From positions 40,683-104,682 of the forward strand of contig DATDFB010000093.1 of assembly GCA_036522835.1 (NCBI GenBank): a stretch of 64,000 nucleotides of DNA. Direction: 5' to 3'. The notes under the pieces were generated by a model, which worked only from the letters and a program-made list of their open reading frames with translations, made no database searches and was not told the origin of the DNA. A program made the translations under genes and the position numbers. The stretch is from Thermoanaerobaculia bacterium. Its GTDB lineage: Bacteria; Acidobacteriota; Thermoanaerobaculia; Gp7-AA8. Positions 26,125-37,479 of the stretch are shown in pieces. Each line of letters begins with the position of its first letter. The stretch's first letter is position 1.

Positions 26125-26976
26125 ATGATGAGAGCATTCCGCGGCATGGACGTCCAGACCATCGTTCGCGCCGCGCTCGCCGAGGACCTGCCCGACATCA
26201 CCAGCGAAGCCATCTTCGACGCCGGCGACCGCGGCCGGGCCCGCTTCGTGGCCAAGGCAGCGGGCGTCGTCGCCGGGCTGCCGTTTGCCGAGGCGACATT
26301 CCAGGCCATCGACGCCACGAGCTCGTTCCGGGCGACGAAGAACGACGGCGACGCCGTCCAGCCCGGCGACGTCATCGCCGAGGTCGAGTCGAGCGTCATC
26401 GCCCTCCTGAGCGGCGAGCGCACCGCGCTCAACCTACTCCAGCGCGCCTCCGGCATCGCTACGACTACGAAACAATACGTCGACGCCGCCGGCGGCACGA
26501 ACGCCAAGATCTACGACACCCGCAAGACCGCGCCGGGCCTGCGCGAGATCGACAAATACGCCGTCCGTTGCGGCGGCGGCGAGAACCACCGCATCGGTCT
26601 CTTCGATATGTTCCTCATCAAGAACAACCACGTCGACCGCGCCGGCTCCATCACCAACGCCGTCGAGCGCATCCGCCGGCGGGGAATGCCGCAGAAGATC
26701 ATGGTGGAAGTGCGCGACATGCGCGAGCTCGACGAGGCACTGAGTCTGAGGCCCGACTTCATCCTTCTCGACAACATGAGCGCGAGCGAGCTCAAACAAG
26801 CCGTCGAGCGCACCGCCGGCGCCGTCCCGCTCGAGGCTTCGGGCGGCATCACGCTCGAGACCGTCAGGGCCATCGCCGAGAGCGGCGTCGACCGCATCTC
26901 CGTCGGCGCTTTGACTCATTCCGTCAAGGCTTTGGACATCTCCATGCGCGTCGTGGCACCGCCTTTGCCGCAGTGA
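26125..26976 (+). CDS. nadC: nicotinate-nucleotide pyrophosphorylase (quinolinate phosphoribosyltransferase)
   Basis: N-terminal IVRAALAEDL. TRKTAPGLR. NNHVDRAG. Start at ATG 26125, because the upstream part of the ORF is the tmRNA antisense. Confidence 0.85.
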   Translation: MMRAFRGMDVQTIVRAALAEDLPDITSEAIFDAGDRGRARFVAKAAGVVAGLPFAEATFQAIDATSSFRATKNDGDAVQPGDVIAEVESSVIALLSGERTALNLLQRASGIATTTKQYVDAAGGTNAKIYDTRKTAPGLREIDKYAVRCGGGENHRIGLFDMFLIKNNHVDRAGSITNAVERIRRRGMPQKIMVEVRDMRELDEALSLRPDFILLDNMSASELKQAVERTAGAVPLEASGGITLETVRAIAESGVDRISVGALTHSVKALDISMRVVAPPLPQ

Positions 26977-26982
26977 CCGCTT

Positions 26983-27990
<1,008 letters not shown>

Positions 27991-28275
27991 CGACGTGCTG
28001 GCGGATGGTCTCGTCCATGGCCTCGCCTTCGCCGAGGCGCTCGATCGCGGCTTCCAGCGCGGCGGCGTCGGTGGAGATGCGCTGGAAGCCGTAGCTGCCG
28101 CCGGAGCCCTTCAACTGATGCGCCAGATACGACAGCCGCTCCAGCGCCTCGGGCGAGCGCTCCGAGACCTTCGACTCGATCTCCGCGACCTTCTGCTCCG
28201 CCTCGGCGAGGAACTCGCGCTTCAGCTCTTCCAGTTCAAGATCGACGACCATGGCCAGAGAATGTTGCATGGGAT

Positions 28276-28881
28276 ATGCCGCAGAGTCAGTTCCTAGTTC
28301 CTAGTTCTTCGTTCTTCGTTGAGGATCCGTGGCGGGTCCCGCAAGGTTGTGTGCCGGTTTCGTTGCGGCGCGCGACTGACGGCGCTGCGCCGCGGCTCGC
28401 CACTTCGCTCGCGCTTTATCACGACGGCGAGTGTTTGACGGCGGTGTTCCGCGGCGAAGACGACGGCGTGCATGCGACGTTTCTGCAACACGATGATCCT
28501 CTGTTCAAGGAGGACGTCGTCGAGCTCTTTCTCGCGCCGGAGCGGCCGTCGCGCTACTTCGAGATCGAGGTCAACCCCCTCGGCACGACGTTCGACGCCG
28601 TCATCGACTCGCCCGATCTCGATCGCGCCACGATGCAAAGCGATCTGGCGTGGACGTGCGAGGGGCTCTTCACCATGGTACGCACGACGCCGAACTCGCT
28701 CGACGTCCTGGTGCGCGTTCCCTTCGCCGCCCTCGGCGCGAAGCCCGAGGGGGAGTGGCGGGCGAACTTCTACCGCATCGACCGCGGCACGCCCGACGAG
28801 TACACGGCGTGGCAGCCGACGATGAAGACGCCGCCGGACTTTCACGTGCCGCGCGCGTTCGGCGGGCTTCGTTTTGCATGA
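28276..28881 (+). CDS. hypothetical protein, carbohydrate-binding-family-9-like / DOMON-like
   Basis: YFEIEVNPLGTTFDAVI and later segments resemble CBM9-like domains. True start uncertain, because the ATG at 28276 lies inside a heptamer repeat only 23 nt from the divergent Hpt start. Confidence 0.45.
   Translation: MPQSQFLVPSSSFFVEDPWRVPQGCVPVSLRRATDGAAPRLATSLALYHDGECLTAVFRGEDDGVHATFLQHDDPLFKEDVVELFLAPERPSRYFEIEVNPLGTTFDAVIDSPDLDRATMQSDLAWTCEGLFTMVRTTPNSLDVLVRVPFAALGAKPEGEWRANFYRIDRGTPDEYTAWQPTMKTPPDFHVPRAFGGLRFA
28289..28325. repeat. direct heptamer array (A/C)GTTC(C/T)T x5
   Basis: agttcct agttcct agttctt cgttctt cgttgag read directly. Confidence 0.6.
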
Positions 28882-30659
28882 GACGGCTGATCCTTTTTCT
28901 CTTGGTCGCTTGCTCGCCGCTGTCCGCGGCGGTGTGGGGCTCGCGCGGCGTGAGCCATGCGTTCCTCGTGCGCGACCATCTCGTTTACGACATCGACGGC
29001 CGCGGCGTCGCGGTCTACGACACGGCGACGTTCCAGCGCGTCAACGTCGTCGAGAGCGACGCCGAGACGCTCGACGGCGCCTTCGCCGGCGAGAACCTCT
29101 TCGTCCTGACGCGGCAGGGCATCGACCGCTATGACCGCAGTCTTTTCTTGCATGAGCGGCTTCCGGCCCGCGGCTTCACGCACCTGCGCGCGAACGAAAA
29201 ATGGATCGTGGCGGCGTCTGCGACGGACGTCGCAGTCTGGAGTGCGGCGGCCGTGCCGCCGCTGTCAGGAGCGCCGGCAAGGCCGGCGCACTCCACATCG
29301 CGCATCAGCGCGATCGCGCTGGCGGGCGATGCGCTCTACCTTGCGCTCGGCGAACTGGGCATCGAAATCATCGACCTCTCCACCGGTGAGCAGAGCGTCC
29401 TCGCGGAGAACGCGCAGGACCTCGCCGTCGCCGGCGACAAGCTCTACGTCGCCAGCGGCGTGAACGGCCTCGTCGTGGCCGACCTTGCCAACCCGCTCGC
29501 ACCGCGTGTCATTCGAAGAGAGGGCGCGGGCGAGACCAACCTCGCGCACGTCGCCGTCGCCGGCACGAGGGTCGCGGCGAGCGAGTCGCCGGCGACGATC
29601 CACATCTTCGACGACAGCGGCGAAGTGGCGCGCATCGACAACGAGCCGGTGCAGACGCTCGCCGCGAGCGGCACGCGCCTTTTCGTCAGCGGCACGAACT
29701 TCGACCGCTTCGGCCTGGCCACGGAGACCGGCATCCCGCTGCGCGCCTACGAGATCAGCGCCGCGCCGCGCGTCATCGGCGAGATCAAAGACCTGGCCGG
29801 CCCGGTGAGCGGCGCCGCCACCGACGGCACGCTCGCCTACGTCGTCGACCGTCCGTTCTTCCGCGTCATCGACGTCTCGAACACGAGCGCGCCGCGCGAG
29901 CTGGCCTCGCTCGCCATCGACAACATCGAGGACCACGTCAAGCTCCTCGGCAAAGAGGTCATCCTCTACGGCCGCGGCGACGTCGACCTCGTCGACGTCA
30001 GCGATCCGTATCGCCCGCGCCTCGTCAAAGTCTTCCACTCCTTCGGCCGCCCGCCGAGCAACGCCGCGTTCGCGCGCGACACGATCCTCGAGGGCAACCC
30101 GTGGTCGGGCTTTCACGTCGTCGACTTCGTCGACTACGCCGACCCGGCGCAGATCGGCGGGATCAAAGGGCACTACTACGAGATCGTCGCCAACGGCGGC
30201 GACGTCGCCTACATCGCCGGCGAAGGCGTCTCCATCGCCGTCATCGATCTGCGCGACCCGCGCAATCCGGTGACGGCGAAAGTCATCCGCATCGGCGTGC
30301 GGCAGGCGTTCCTCCGCAACAACGAGCTCGTGGTGCGCAGCGCCGACGGGCTGCACGTCTTCAGCCTCGCCGATCCGCTCGATCCGGTGGAGACGTCGTT
30401 CGTGCCGATGGCGGAGCCGGGTGTGGCCGGGCCGGCCGCGGACGGCGTGCTGGTGTGGATCGACGACGCGCTCGTGCGCGCAGACCTCGCCACGCGGACG
30501 ATCGTGGACAGCGGTTTGGTCGCGCTGTCGCCGATGCAGATCGACAGCGCGGGGGCGAAGATCGTCATCGCCGACCGCTATGGCCTACGCGTCTACGGCC
30601 CGAATACCCCGCCGCCGCCTCCACCGCCGCCGGTACGGCGGCGCGCAGCTCGTCCATAA
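28880..30659 (+). CDS. secreted LVIVD-repeat beta-propeller protein
   Basis: Signal peptide MRRLILFLLVACSPLSAA. Repeated LYVASGVNGLVVADLANPLAP-type LVIVD units. Pro-rich C-terminal tail. Confidence 0.7.
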
Positions 30660-30763
30660 CTCGTTGACATTGCAGGGAATTCATCCGAGATTTTCGGATT
30701 TGTAATCGCCACTGCCGGGCCCGAGGACGTAGATTGGCGTCGGCCAAGGACCCAGACCAGAGC

Positions 30764-31243
30764 ATGCGTTCCCGATTGATCAGACTCTCCGCCGTCGTCG
30801 TGTCGATTGCCGCCGTGGCGTTCGCCGACGAAGCACAGAAATGCAACACGCCGCCCGACGAGTGCGCGCGCACGATCCGGAAGATGCTGGCCGGCAAGCC
30901 GTACCTCGGCGTGGAGCTCGCGGAGCTGTTGCCCGGACTGGCCGTGAAGACGGTCGTCCCCGACAGTCCCGCCGATCACGGCGACGTGAAGCCCGGCGAC
31001 CGCGTCATCGCCGTCAACGGGCACCGCACGACGGAGGCGTCGATCAAGGATTTCAAGATGATCCTCGCGGAAGTCGGCCGGACGCACCGCCACATCTGGA
31101 TGATCGTGAACCGGCGCGGCGCACTGAAGAAGATCGACGTGATGATGGAGCCGCTGACGAAAGCACAGATCGAGAGGATCGTGGCCCAGCACCTGGCCGA
31201 GGCGCACTCGATTGCTTCAGCGATTCCGGACTCGCGTCCGTAA
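30764..31243 (+). CDS. secreted PDZ-domain protein
   Basis: Signal peptide. GVELAEL...GLAVKTVVPDSPADHGDVKPGDRVIAVNG PDZ signature. Confidence 0.65.
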   Translation: MRSRLIRLSAVVVSIAAVAFADEAQKCNTPPDECARTIRKMLAGKPYLGVELAELLPGLAVKTVVPDSPADHGDVKPGDRVIAVNGHRTTEASIKDFKMILAEVGRTHRHIWMIVNRRGALKKIDVMMEPLTKAQIERIVAQHLAEAHSIASAIPDSRP

Positions 31244-31255
31244 TGCTGGAGGACC

Positions 31256-32797
31256 ATGTTTCCACGACTCCTGGCGAGGTTGCGAGAGAGCCTCACGCAA
31301 AGTGAGCGCTCCACCCATGCCCGGGACGTCATCCTTCCCCTCCTGATCATCTCCATCGCCCTGGGCGGCCTGGCCTGGCGGGCCTGGCAGCTCTCGCGGC
31401 AGATGGAGCACGGCGCGAACACGCTGGCGACGCAGTACGCCGGCTATGCCGCCGACGTGACGGCGCGGCAGCTCGACTCCGCCGCGGGCGCCGAGCTCTT
31501 CAAGGCCAGCGAGGAGTGGCAGCAGCTCGAGCGCGGCATGGCCAAGCCGACCGACGCGGCGCTGAAGAGCTGGGTGGCCGGACACGACTGGATCGTCGGC
31601 GCGATCTACGTCCCCGACGCCGATCCGACCGGCTCGATCTACGTCAGCGCGCTCACGCCGTCGAAATCGGAAGAGGGGCTGACGCGCGAGTTCTACACAT
31701 CGGGCGGCCTGGTCCGCTATACCTACGATCCGTCCAAGCTCCTGGCGCACGTGCGCAGCGCCGTGCGCCTGCAGCCGCTGATGCAGTCGCGCGGCGAGCA
31801 GACGCACGCGCAGGTCGACGTGGTCACGAAAGCGCCCGCGGGGGCGGTGCGCACCAGCGAGGGCTTCGCCTTCGTGGCGCGGCTCGCGCCGCCGCTCACG
31901 TCGTACGGCGTGCGCGCGTTCGTGCCGAACGCGGCCGGCACGGAAGGGTGGGAGAACGCGCGGCGCATCAGCGCGTTCGTCTGCCTGGTGGCCGTGCTCC
32001 TGACCGCGCTCGGCGCGTACCTGGCGTTGCGGGGCCTGCGCAAGGAGGCGGAGACGATGAAGCTGCGCGGCGCGCTCATCGCCAACGTCTCGCACGAGCT
32101 GCGCACGCCGCTGTCGATGATCCGCCTGGGGGCGGAGACGCTCAAGCGCAGCAACAAACTGAGCGAGAAGCAGCGCGTGGAGATCGAGGACTCGATCCTG
32201 CGCGAGGTCCTGCACCTCTCCCACCTCGTGGAGAACGTGCTCGACGTCGCGCGCATGCAGCACCGCCAGGCCAAGGCGCTGACGTTCGCACCCGTCTACC
32301 CGCGCGAGCTCGTCACCAGCGTCATGACCACGTACGAGTCGTGGATCCGCAGCCGCGGCTTCGAGGTCACGGTCGAGATCGACGATCCGATCGACGAGCA
32401 GTTCTGGGACCGCGACGCCGTCTCGCGCGCGCTGCTCAACCTGATCGACAACGCCATGAAATACTCCGGCGACGTGAAGCTGCTCAACGTGGCCCTGCGG
32501 CAGACCGAGGAGCACGTCGTCATCGAGGTGCGCGACCGCGGCATCGGCATCGACGCCGCCGACCTCGAGCACATCTTCGATCCCTACTTCCGCGCGCAGT
32601 TCTCCGACACGCAGACGCGGCGCGGCGCCGGGCTCGGGCTCACGCTCGTGCAGCAGATCGTCGCCTCGCACGGTGGACGCATCGACGTGGAGTCGTCCAC
32701 CGGCGTCGGCTCGACCTTCCGCCTCCTCTTCCCGCGCGGGCGAACCGAAACTCAACAGGCGGTGCCGCGGCTGGCGCACGCGCCGCAGGCTTTTTGA
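31256..32797 (+). CDS. sensor histidine kinase (periplasmic sensor, HisKA, HATPase_c)
   Basis: Two TM segments. H-box VSHELRTPLSMI. NLIDNAMKYS, DRGIGI, GLGLTLV. Confidence 0.85.
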   Translation: MFPRLLARLRESLTQSERSTHARDVILPLLIISIALGGLAWRAWQLSRQMEHGANTLATQYAGYAADVTARQLDSAAGAELFKASEEWQQLERGMAKPTDAALKSWVAGHDWIVGAIYVPDADPTGSIYVSALTPSKSEEGLTREFYTSGGLVRYTYDPSKLLAHVRSAVRLQPLMQSRGEQTHAQVDVVTKAPAGAVRTSEGFAFVARLAPPLTSYGVRAFVPNAAGTEGWENARRISAFVCLVAVLLTALGAYLALRGLRKEAETMKLRGALIANVSHELRTPLSMIRLGAETLKRSNKLSEKQRVEIEDSILREVLHLSHLVENVLDVARMQHRQAKALTFAPVYPRELVTSVMTTYESWIRSRGFEVTVEIDDPIDEQFWDRDAVSRALLNLIDNAMKYSGDVKLLNVALRQTEEHVVIEVRDRGIGIDAADLEHIFDPYFRAQFSDTQTRRGAGLGLTLVQQIVASHGGRIDVESSTGVGSTFRLLFPRGRTETQQAVPRLAHAPQAF

Positions 32798-32854
32798 CCC
32801 CAACCCGTAACCATCTACGGACGTCTTCGTAGTATGTGACATTCGGAGAACGAC

Positions 32855-33571
32855 ATGACCAAGATTCTGATCGTTGAGGACGAGGCGGGGCTGCGCCAGG
32901 GGCTGGAGATCAACCTTCGCCTGGAAAACTACGACACGATTCAGGCCGCGGACGGCGAGGAAGCGATCCGCCAGTTCCACGCCGAGAAGCCCGACCTGGT
33001 GCTGCTCGACCTGATGATTCCGAAAAAGAGCGGTTTCGAGGTCCTCGACCACATCCGCAAGTTCTCGAAGATCCCGGTGATTCTCCTGACCGCGCGCGGC
33101 CAGGAGACCGACAAGGTGCGCGGCCTGCGCGGCGGCGCCGACGACTACGTGACCAAGCCCTTCGGCCTGCAGGAGCTCTTCGCCCGCATCGACGCGGTGA
33201 TGCGCCGCAGCGAGGCGCCCGCGGCGTCGAGCAAGGTGATCTGCGAGGACGAGTTGATCAAGCTCGATCCCTCGACGCGCGAGGCCTCGGCGAAGAACCA
33301 GAAGCTCAAGCTTTCGCCGAAGGAGTTCGACCTGCTGATGTATCTGTTCAAGAACAAGGAGCGCGTCGTCCCGCGCGACGAGCTGCTCTCGCGCGTCTGG
33401 AACTACCGCGTCGACCTGAACCTGAACTCGCGCACGGTGGACACGCACGTGACGCGGCTGCGGCGCAAGCTGCAGAAGGCGGTCGGCACCGACTCGGCGG
33501 TGATCGTGGCGGTGGCGAAGATCGGGTATCGGTATCTGGGGGAGGCGGCGGCGGCGGTGACGAGCTCGTAG
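32855..33571 (+). CDS. OmpR-family winged-helix response regulator
   Basis: ILIVEDE, LVLLDLMIP, PVILLTAR. C-terminal LSPKEFDLLMYLFKN...RTVDTHVTRLRRKL. Confidence 0.9.
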   Translation: MTKILIVEDEAGLRQGLEINLRLENYDTIQAADGEEAIRQFHAEKPDLVLLDLMIPKKSGFEVLDHIRKFSKIPVILLTARGQETDKVRGLRGGADDYVTKPFGLQELFARIDAVMRRSEAPAASSKVICEDELIKLDPSTREASAKNQKLKLSPKEFDLLMYLFKNKERVVPRDELLSRVWNYRVDLNLNSRTVDTHVTRLRRKLQKAVGTDSAVIVAVAKIGYRYLGEAAAAVTSS

Positions 33572-33600
33572 TTCTTGGTTCTTGGTTCTTAGTTTGATAC
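33572..33600. repeat. short heptamer array TTCTTGG x3
   Basis: tagttcttggttcttggttcttag immediately after the response-regulator stop. Confidence 0.6.
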
Positions 33601-33687
33601 CGTGATCGGCCCATGAGGCACGCCATCTGTCGCTGTACCAACTCACGCGGTCCGACATAGGCGCGCCGTCACCAACGCATTGAATTC

Positions 33688-33720
33688 GGACCCGGACCCA
33701 AAGCCGGGTCCTTTTGTTTT
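33688..33720 (+). terminator. intrinsic terminator / possible attenuator hairpin
   Basis: GGACCCGG-N8-CCGGGTCC followed by TTTTGTTTT, 18 nt upstream of the cysK start. Confidence 0.5.
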
Positions 33721-33737
33721 CGGAGGAGGAATCAGGA

Positions 33738-34751
33738 ATGCACGGAAAGATATACAACGACATCACCGAAACGATGGGCAACACGCCGCTGGTGCGGCTC
33801 AATCGCGTCCCCGAGGCCGGCAGCGCCGAGGTCGTGGTCAAGCTCGAGTCGTTCAATCCGCTCTCGTCGGTCAAGGACCGCATCGCCGTGTCGATGATCC
33901 GCGAGGCCGAGAAGGCGGGAGAGTTGAAGCCGGGATCGACCGTCATCGAAGCGACGAGCGGGAACACCGGCATCGGCCTCGCCTTCGTGGCCGCGGCGCG
34001 CGGCTACCGCTGCGTGCTGGTCATGCCCGACACGATGTCGGTCGAGCGCCGCAAGCTGCTCCAGGCCCTCGGCGCGGAGCTGATCCTCACGCCGGGACCG
34101 AAGGGCATCAAGGAGTGCCAGCGCGTCGCCGACGAGATCCTGGCCAAGACGCCGGGCGGATGGCTGTCGAAGCAGTTCGATAATCCGGCGAACCTCAAGG
34201 TCCATCGCGAGACGACGGCGCAGGAGATTCTTCGCGACACGGGCGGCAAGCTCGACGCCGTCGTGGCCGGCGTCGGCACCGGCGGGACGATCACCGGCAT
34301 CGGCCAGATCTTCAAGAAAGAGGTGCCGAACGTCATCACCGTCGCGGTCGAGCCGATCGAGTCTCAGGTGCTGAAGGGCGGGACGCACAACCCGCACAAG
34401 ATTCAGGGCATCGGCGCGGGGATGATCCCGTCGATCTATGACGCGAAGGTGGTCGACCGCGTCACCGACGTGAAGTTCGAGGACGCCGTGGGCGTGGCCC
34501 GCCGGCTCTCGACGGAGGAAGGAATCTTCGTCGGCATCTCCTCCGGCGCGGTGGCGTGGGCGGCGCTGGAGATCGCCAAGGAGCTCGGCGAAGGGAAGCG
34601 CGTCGTGGCCGTGCTGCCCGACACGGGCGAGCGCTATCTCTCGACGGCGCTCTTCGAGTACACGGACGTCGTCAATCAGCCGGCCACGACGCCGCAGATG
34701 CTGGCGGCGCAGGAAGCGGCGGCAGCGGCGGCGGCAGCGTCACCGTCGTAA
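33738..34751 (+). CDS. cysK: cysteine synthase A (O-acetylserine sulfhydrylase)
   Basis: PLSSVKDRIA (PLP lysine), TSGNTGIGLA, GVGTGGTITG. RBS GGAGGAGGAAT before the ATG. Confidence 0.9.
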   Translation: MHGKIYNDITETMGNTPLVRLNRVPEAGSAEVVVKLESFNPLSSVKDRIAVSMIREAEKAGELKPGSTVIEATSGNTGIGLAFVAAARGYRCVLVMPDTMSVERRKLLQALGAELILTPGPKGIKECQRVADEILAKTPGGWLSKQFDNPANLKVHRETTAQEILRDTGGKLDAVVAGVGTGGTITGIGQIFKKEVPNVITVAVEPIESQVLKGGTHNPHKIQGIGAGMIPSIYDAKVVDRVTDVKFEDAVGVARRLSTEEGIFVGISSGAVAWAALEIAKELGEGKRVVAVLPDTGERYLSTALFEYTDVVNQPATTPQMLAAQEAAAAAAAASPS

Positions 34752-34766
34752 GCGGTAAGGGCCTTC

Positions 34767-34880
34767 TCCCCGCTCGCGGGGAGAAGGTGCGGCACAGCCG
34801 CGGATGAGGGGCGCCATCCTGCAGCCATCGCCCCTCACCCGGCGCTTCGCGCCACCTCTCCCCGCGACGCGGGGCGGGGC
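34767..34880. repeat. GC-rich palindromic (REP-like) units between convergent cysK and moeB-like genes
   Basis: CCTTCTCCCCGC-TC-GCGGGGAGAAGG perfect hairpin. GAGGGGCG/CGCCCCTC inverted pair. CTCCCCGCG-ACGC-GGGGCGGGG. Related to the element at 62881-62967. Confidence 0.6.
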
Positions 34881-34887
34881 CCTCAGG

Positions 34888-35967
34888 TCACCGTCGTAGC
34901 CAGGCCGCGTATCCACCGCGGAGGTGCCGCGCTCTCGAAAAGCCGGCACCTCGCAAGATCTCCAACGCCCGCGCCGACCGCCCGCCCGTCTGGCAGTAGA
35001 CGACGATGTCGCGGTCGCGCGGGATTTCGCCGAGGCGGTTCGGAAGCGTTCCCAGCGGAATGAGCCGCGCGCCGTCGATCGCGCCGCCGGCAAACTCCTC
35101 CGGCTCGCGCACGTCGATGAGCGCCGCGTCGATGCGCGCGAGCTCCGACGGCGTCACCTCGACCGCGCTGGCGGGATTGCAGAACTGCTCGTAGTCGATG
35201 AGCGCCGCGATCGTCGGATGCGCTCCGCAGATCGCGCAGTTCGGGTCCTTGCGCAGCTTCATCTGGCGGAACGACATACGCAGCGCGTCGAAGAGGAGCA
35301 GGCGCCCGACGAGCGTCTCGCCGATGCCGGCGAGCAGCTTGATTGCCTCGGTGGCCTGAATCGTCCCCACCACGCCCGGCAGCACGCCCAGCACGCCCCC
35401 CTCGGCGCACGACGGCACGAGGTCGGGCGGCGGCGGCTCGGGGTAGAGGCAGCGGTAGCACGGGCCTTCGTTGGCGAAGAACACCGAGGCTTGGCCTTCG
35501 AAGCGGAAGATCGAGCCGTAGACGTTCGGCTTGCCGAGGAGGACGCAGGCATCGTTGACGAGGTAGCGCGTGGCGAAGTTGTCGGTGCCGTCGAGGATGA
35601 CGTCGTAGCCGCGGAACAGATCGAGCGCGTTGTCCGAGGTGAGCGCGGCGTCGTGCGTCGCAATCGCGACCTCGGGGTTGATGTCCGAAAGACGTGCGCG
35701 CGCCGCCTGCAACTTCGGCGCGCCGACGTCGCTCGTGCCGTACAGCACTTGACGGTGAAGGTTGGTGGCGTCAACGCGGTCGAAGTCGACGAGGCCGATG
35801 CGGCCGACGCCCGCGGCCGCGAGGTAGATCGAGGCCGGGCTGCCGAGGCCGCCGGCGCCGACGATCAGCACCGAGCCTTCCTTGAGGCGGAGCTGCCCCT
35901 CTTCGCCGATCTCCGGCAGAATCAGGTGGCGCGCGTAGCGGGCGCGCTCGGCGGCGGTGAGGGTCAC
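34888..35967 (-). CDS. MoeB/ThiF-type E1-like adenylyltransferase fused to a C-terminal rhodanese domain (MoeZ-like)
   Basis: VLIVGAGGLGSPASIYLAAAGVG. CYRCLYPEPPPP ... CxxC pairs. C-terminal IVVYCQTGGRS rhodanese active-site Cys. GTG start overlaps the upstream stop (GTGA). Confidence 0.85.
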   Translation of the reverse strand: MTLTAAERARYARHLILPEIGEEGQLRLKEGSVLIVGAGGLGSPASIYLAAAGVGRIGLVDFDRVDATNLHRQVLYGTSDVGAPKLQAARARLSDINPEVAIATHDAALTSDNALDLFRGYDVILDGTDNFATRYLVNDACVLLGKPNVYGSIFRFEGQASVFFANEGPCYRCLYPEPPPPDLVPSCAEGGVLGVLPGVVGTIQATEAIKLLAGIGETLVGRLLLFDALRMSFRQMKLRKDPNCAICGAHPTIAALIDYEQFCNPASAVEVTPSELARIDAALIDVREPEEFAGGAIDGARLIPLGTLPNRLGEIPRDRDIVVYCQTGGRSARALEILRGAGFSRARHLRGGYAAWLRR

Positions 35968-36410
35968 GGCAGTAAGCGCGCGACGATCTCCTGAATGCGC
36001 TTGCCGTCCGCGCGTCCTTTGTATCGCGCCGTCGCTTCTTTCATCACTTTGCCCATGTCCTTCTTCGACTGCGCGCCGGTGGAGGCGACGATCTCGCGCA
36101 GGCCGGATTCGAGCTCTTCGTCGGAAAGCTCCGCGGGGAGGTAGCGCTTGAGCAGATCCATCTCCGACTGCTCTTTGGCGGCGAGCTCGGGGCGGTTGCC
36201 CTTCGTGTACTGCTCGATCGAGTCGTGGCGCTGCTTCACCCCTTTGCGGATGACGGCCATGGCCTCTTCGTCGGAGAGCTCGTGTCCTTTGTCGATCTGC
36301 TCGTATTTGAGCGCGGACTGGAGCATGCGCAGCGTCGAGGTCCGCTCCGCGTCGCGCGCTTTCATGGCCTCGGTGAGGTCGGCGCGGATCTGCTCGGTCA
36401 ATTTCGCCAT
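35964..36410 (-). CDS. GatB/YqeY domain protein
   Basis: 148 aa. MAKLTEQIRADLTEAMKARD...KKDMGKVMKEATARYKGRADGKRIQEIV, characteristic of the YqeY family. Confidence 0.85.
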   Translation of the reverse strand: MAKLTEQIRADLTEAMKARDAERTSTLRMLQSALKYEQIDKGHELSDEEAMAVIRKGVKQRHDSIEQYTKGNRPELAAKEQSEMDLLKRYLPAELSDEELESGLREIVASTGAQSKKDMGKVMKEATARYKGRADGKRIQEIVARLLP

Positions 36411-36529
36411 GTTGCGTTGCTCCTCTTCGTGTCATCCCGAGCGCAGCGAGGGACCTCCTCCCGACCCGCAGGGGATGCTTCGCCGTCTGCGCGGCTCTGC
36501 ATGACACTGTAATGCTATTCTCGCCCGCC

Positions 36530-37102
36530 ATGCCGCTCGACCTCCCGGCGCTTCTGCGCGAGACCGGCGCGCTGCTGACCGGCCACTTTCGCCTCTCCTC
36601 CGGACTGCACAGCCCGGGCTACGTGCAATGCGCGCGGCTCCTGGAGCAGCCGCGGAACGCCAAGGCGATCGGCATCGCGCTCGCCGGCAAACTGCGCGAC
36701 GCCGGCGCGCGCAAGGTCGTCTCCCCCGCGCTCGGCGGCGTGATCATCGGCTACACCGTGGCCGAGGCGCTCGACGTGCCGTTCGTCTTCACCGAGCGGA
36801 AGGAGGGCGCCATGACGCTGCGGCGCGGATTCCGCATCGAGCCCGACGAGCCGGCGGTGATCGTGGAGGACGTCGTGACGACGGGGAAGTCGACGCGCGA
36901 GACGGCGGATGTCATCGCGGCGCACGGCGGGCGCGTCGTCGCCTTTGCCTCGATTCTCAACCGCAGCGGCAAAGAAAATCCGTTCGACGCGCGTTATGAG
37001 TCGCTGATGACGCTCGCGCTGGAGACGCACGACGAAGCGAACTGCCCCCTCTGCGCGAGAGGGCTCGCGCTCGACGCGCCGGGGTCGCGATACTCGGCAT
37101 GA
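36530..37102 (+). CDS. pyrE: orotate phosphoribosyltransferase
   Basis: [20 protein letters not shown]-binding [12 protein letters not shown]. Confidence 0.75.
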   Translation: MPLDLPALLRETGALLTGHFRLSSGLHSPGYVQCARLLEQPRNAKAIGIALAGKLRDAGARKVVSPALGGVIIGYTVAEALDVPFVFTERKEGAMTLRRGFRIEPDEPAVIVEDVVTTGKSTRETADVIAAHGGRVVAFASILNRSGKENPFDARYESLMTLALETHDEANCPLCARGLALDAPGSRYSA

Positions 37103-37479
37103 AGATCGACGTCGTGGCCATGCGCGGCAACGAGGCCGAGCTCCTCATCGACGGCCGCACCGCGTTCGTACCGTTCATCGTCAAGGGCGGCGAAGTCTGG
37201 CTCTCGCTCGACGGAGAAATCTGGACCGTCGACGTCACCGACAAACGCGCCCGGGCGCGGCACCGCGACCACTCCCTGAGCGCGCCGATGCCGGGGATGG
37301 TGTTGAAGATCCTTGTGAAGCAAGGCGACGCAGTCGCCAAGGGCGCGCCGCTCGTCATCCTCGAGGCCATGAAGATGGAGCACCAGGTCGTGGCGCCGCG
37401 CGACGGCACGGTTGCGGCAATTCACTGCACCGAGGGAGAGCTCGTGCAGCCCGGCGTAGACTTGGTCGAGATCACATGA
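37099..37479 (+). CDS. biotin/lipoyl attachment domain protein (BCCP-like)
   Basis: C-terminal [16 protein letters not shown] biotinyl-lysine motif. 126 aa. Confidence 0.7.
   Translation: MKIDVVAMRGNEAELLIDGRTAFVPFIVKGGEVWLSLDGEIWTVDVTDKRARARHRDHSLSAPMPGMVLKILVKQGDAVAKGAPLVILEAMKMEHQVVAPRDGTVAAIHCTEGELVQPGVDLVEIT

Noticed and set aside
31217-33973. 918-aa minus-strand ORF antisense to the HK/OmpR pair
   Set aside because: It is also true of 9363-10967, 26043-28094, 37422-39170, 40498-42333, 53873-56371 and 54396-56291. These have no start context, are Arg/Asp/Gly-rich, and mirror strongly supported genes on the opposite strand or frame. They are typical high-GC artefacts.
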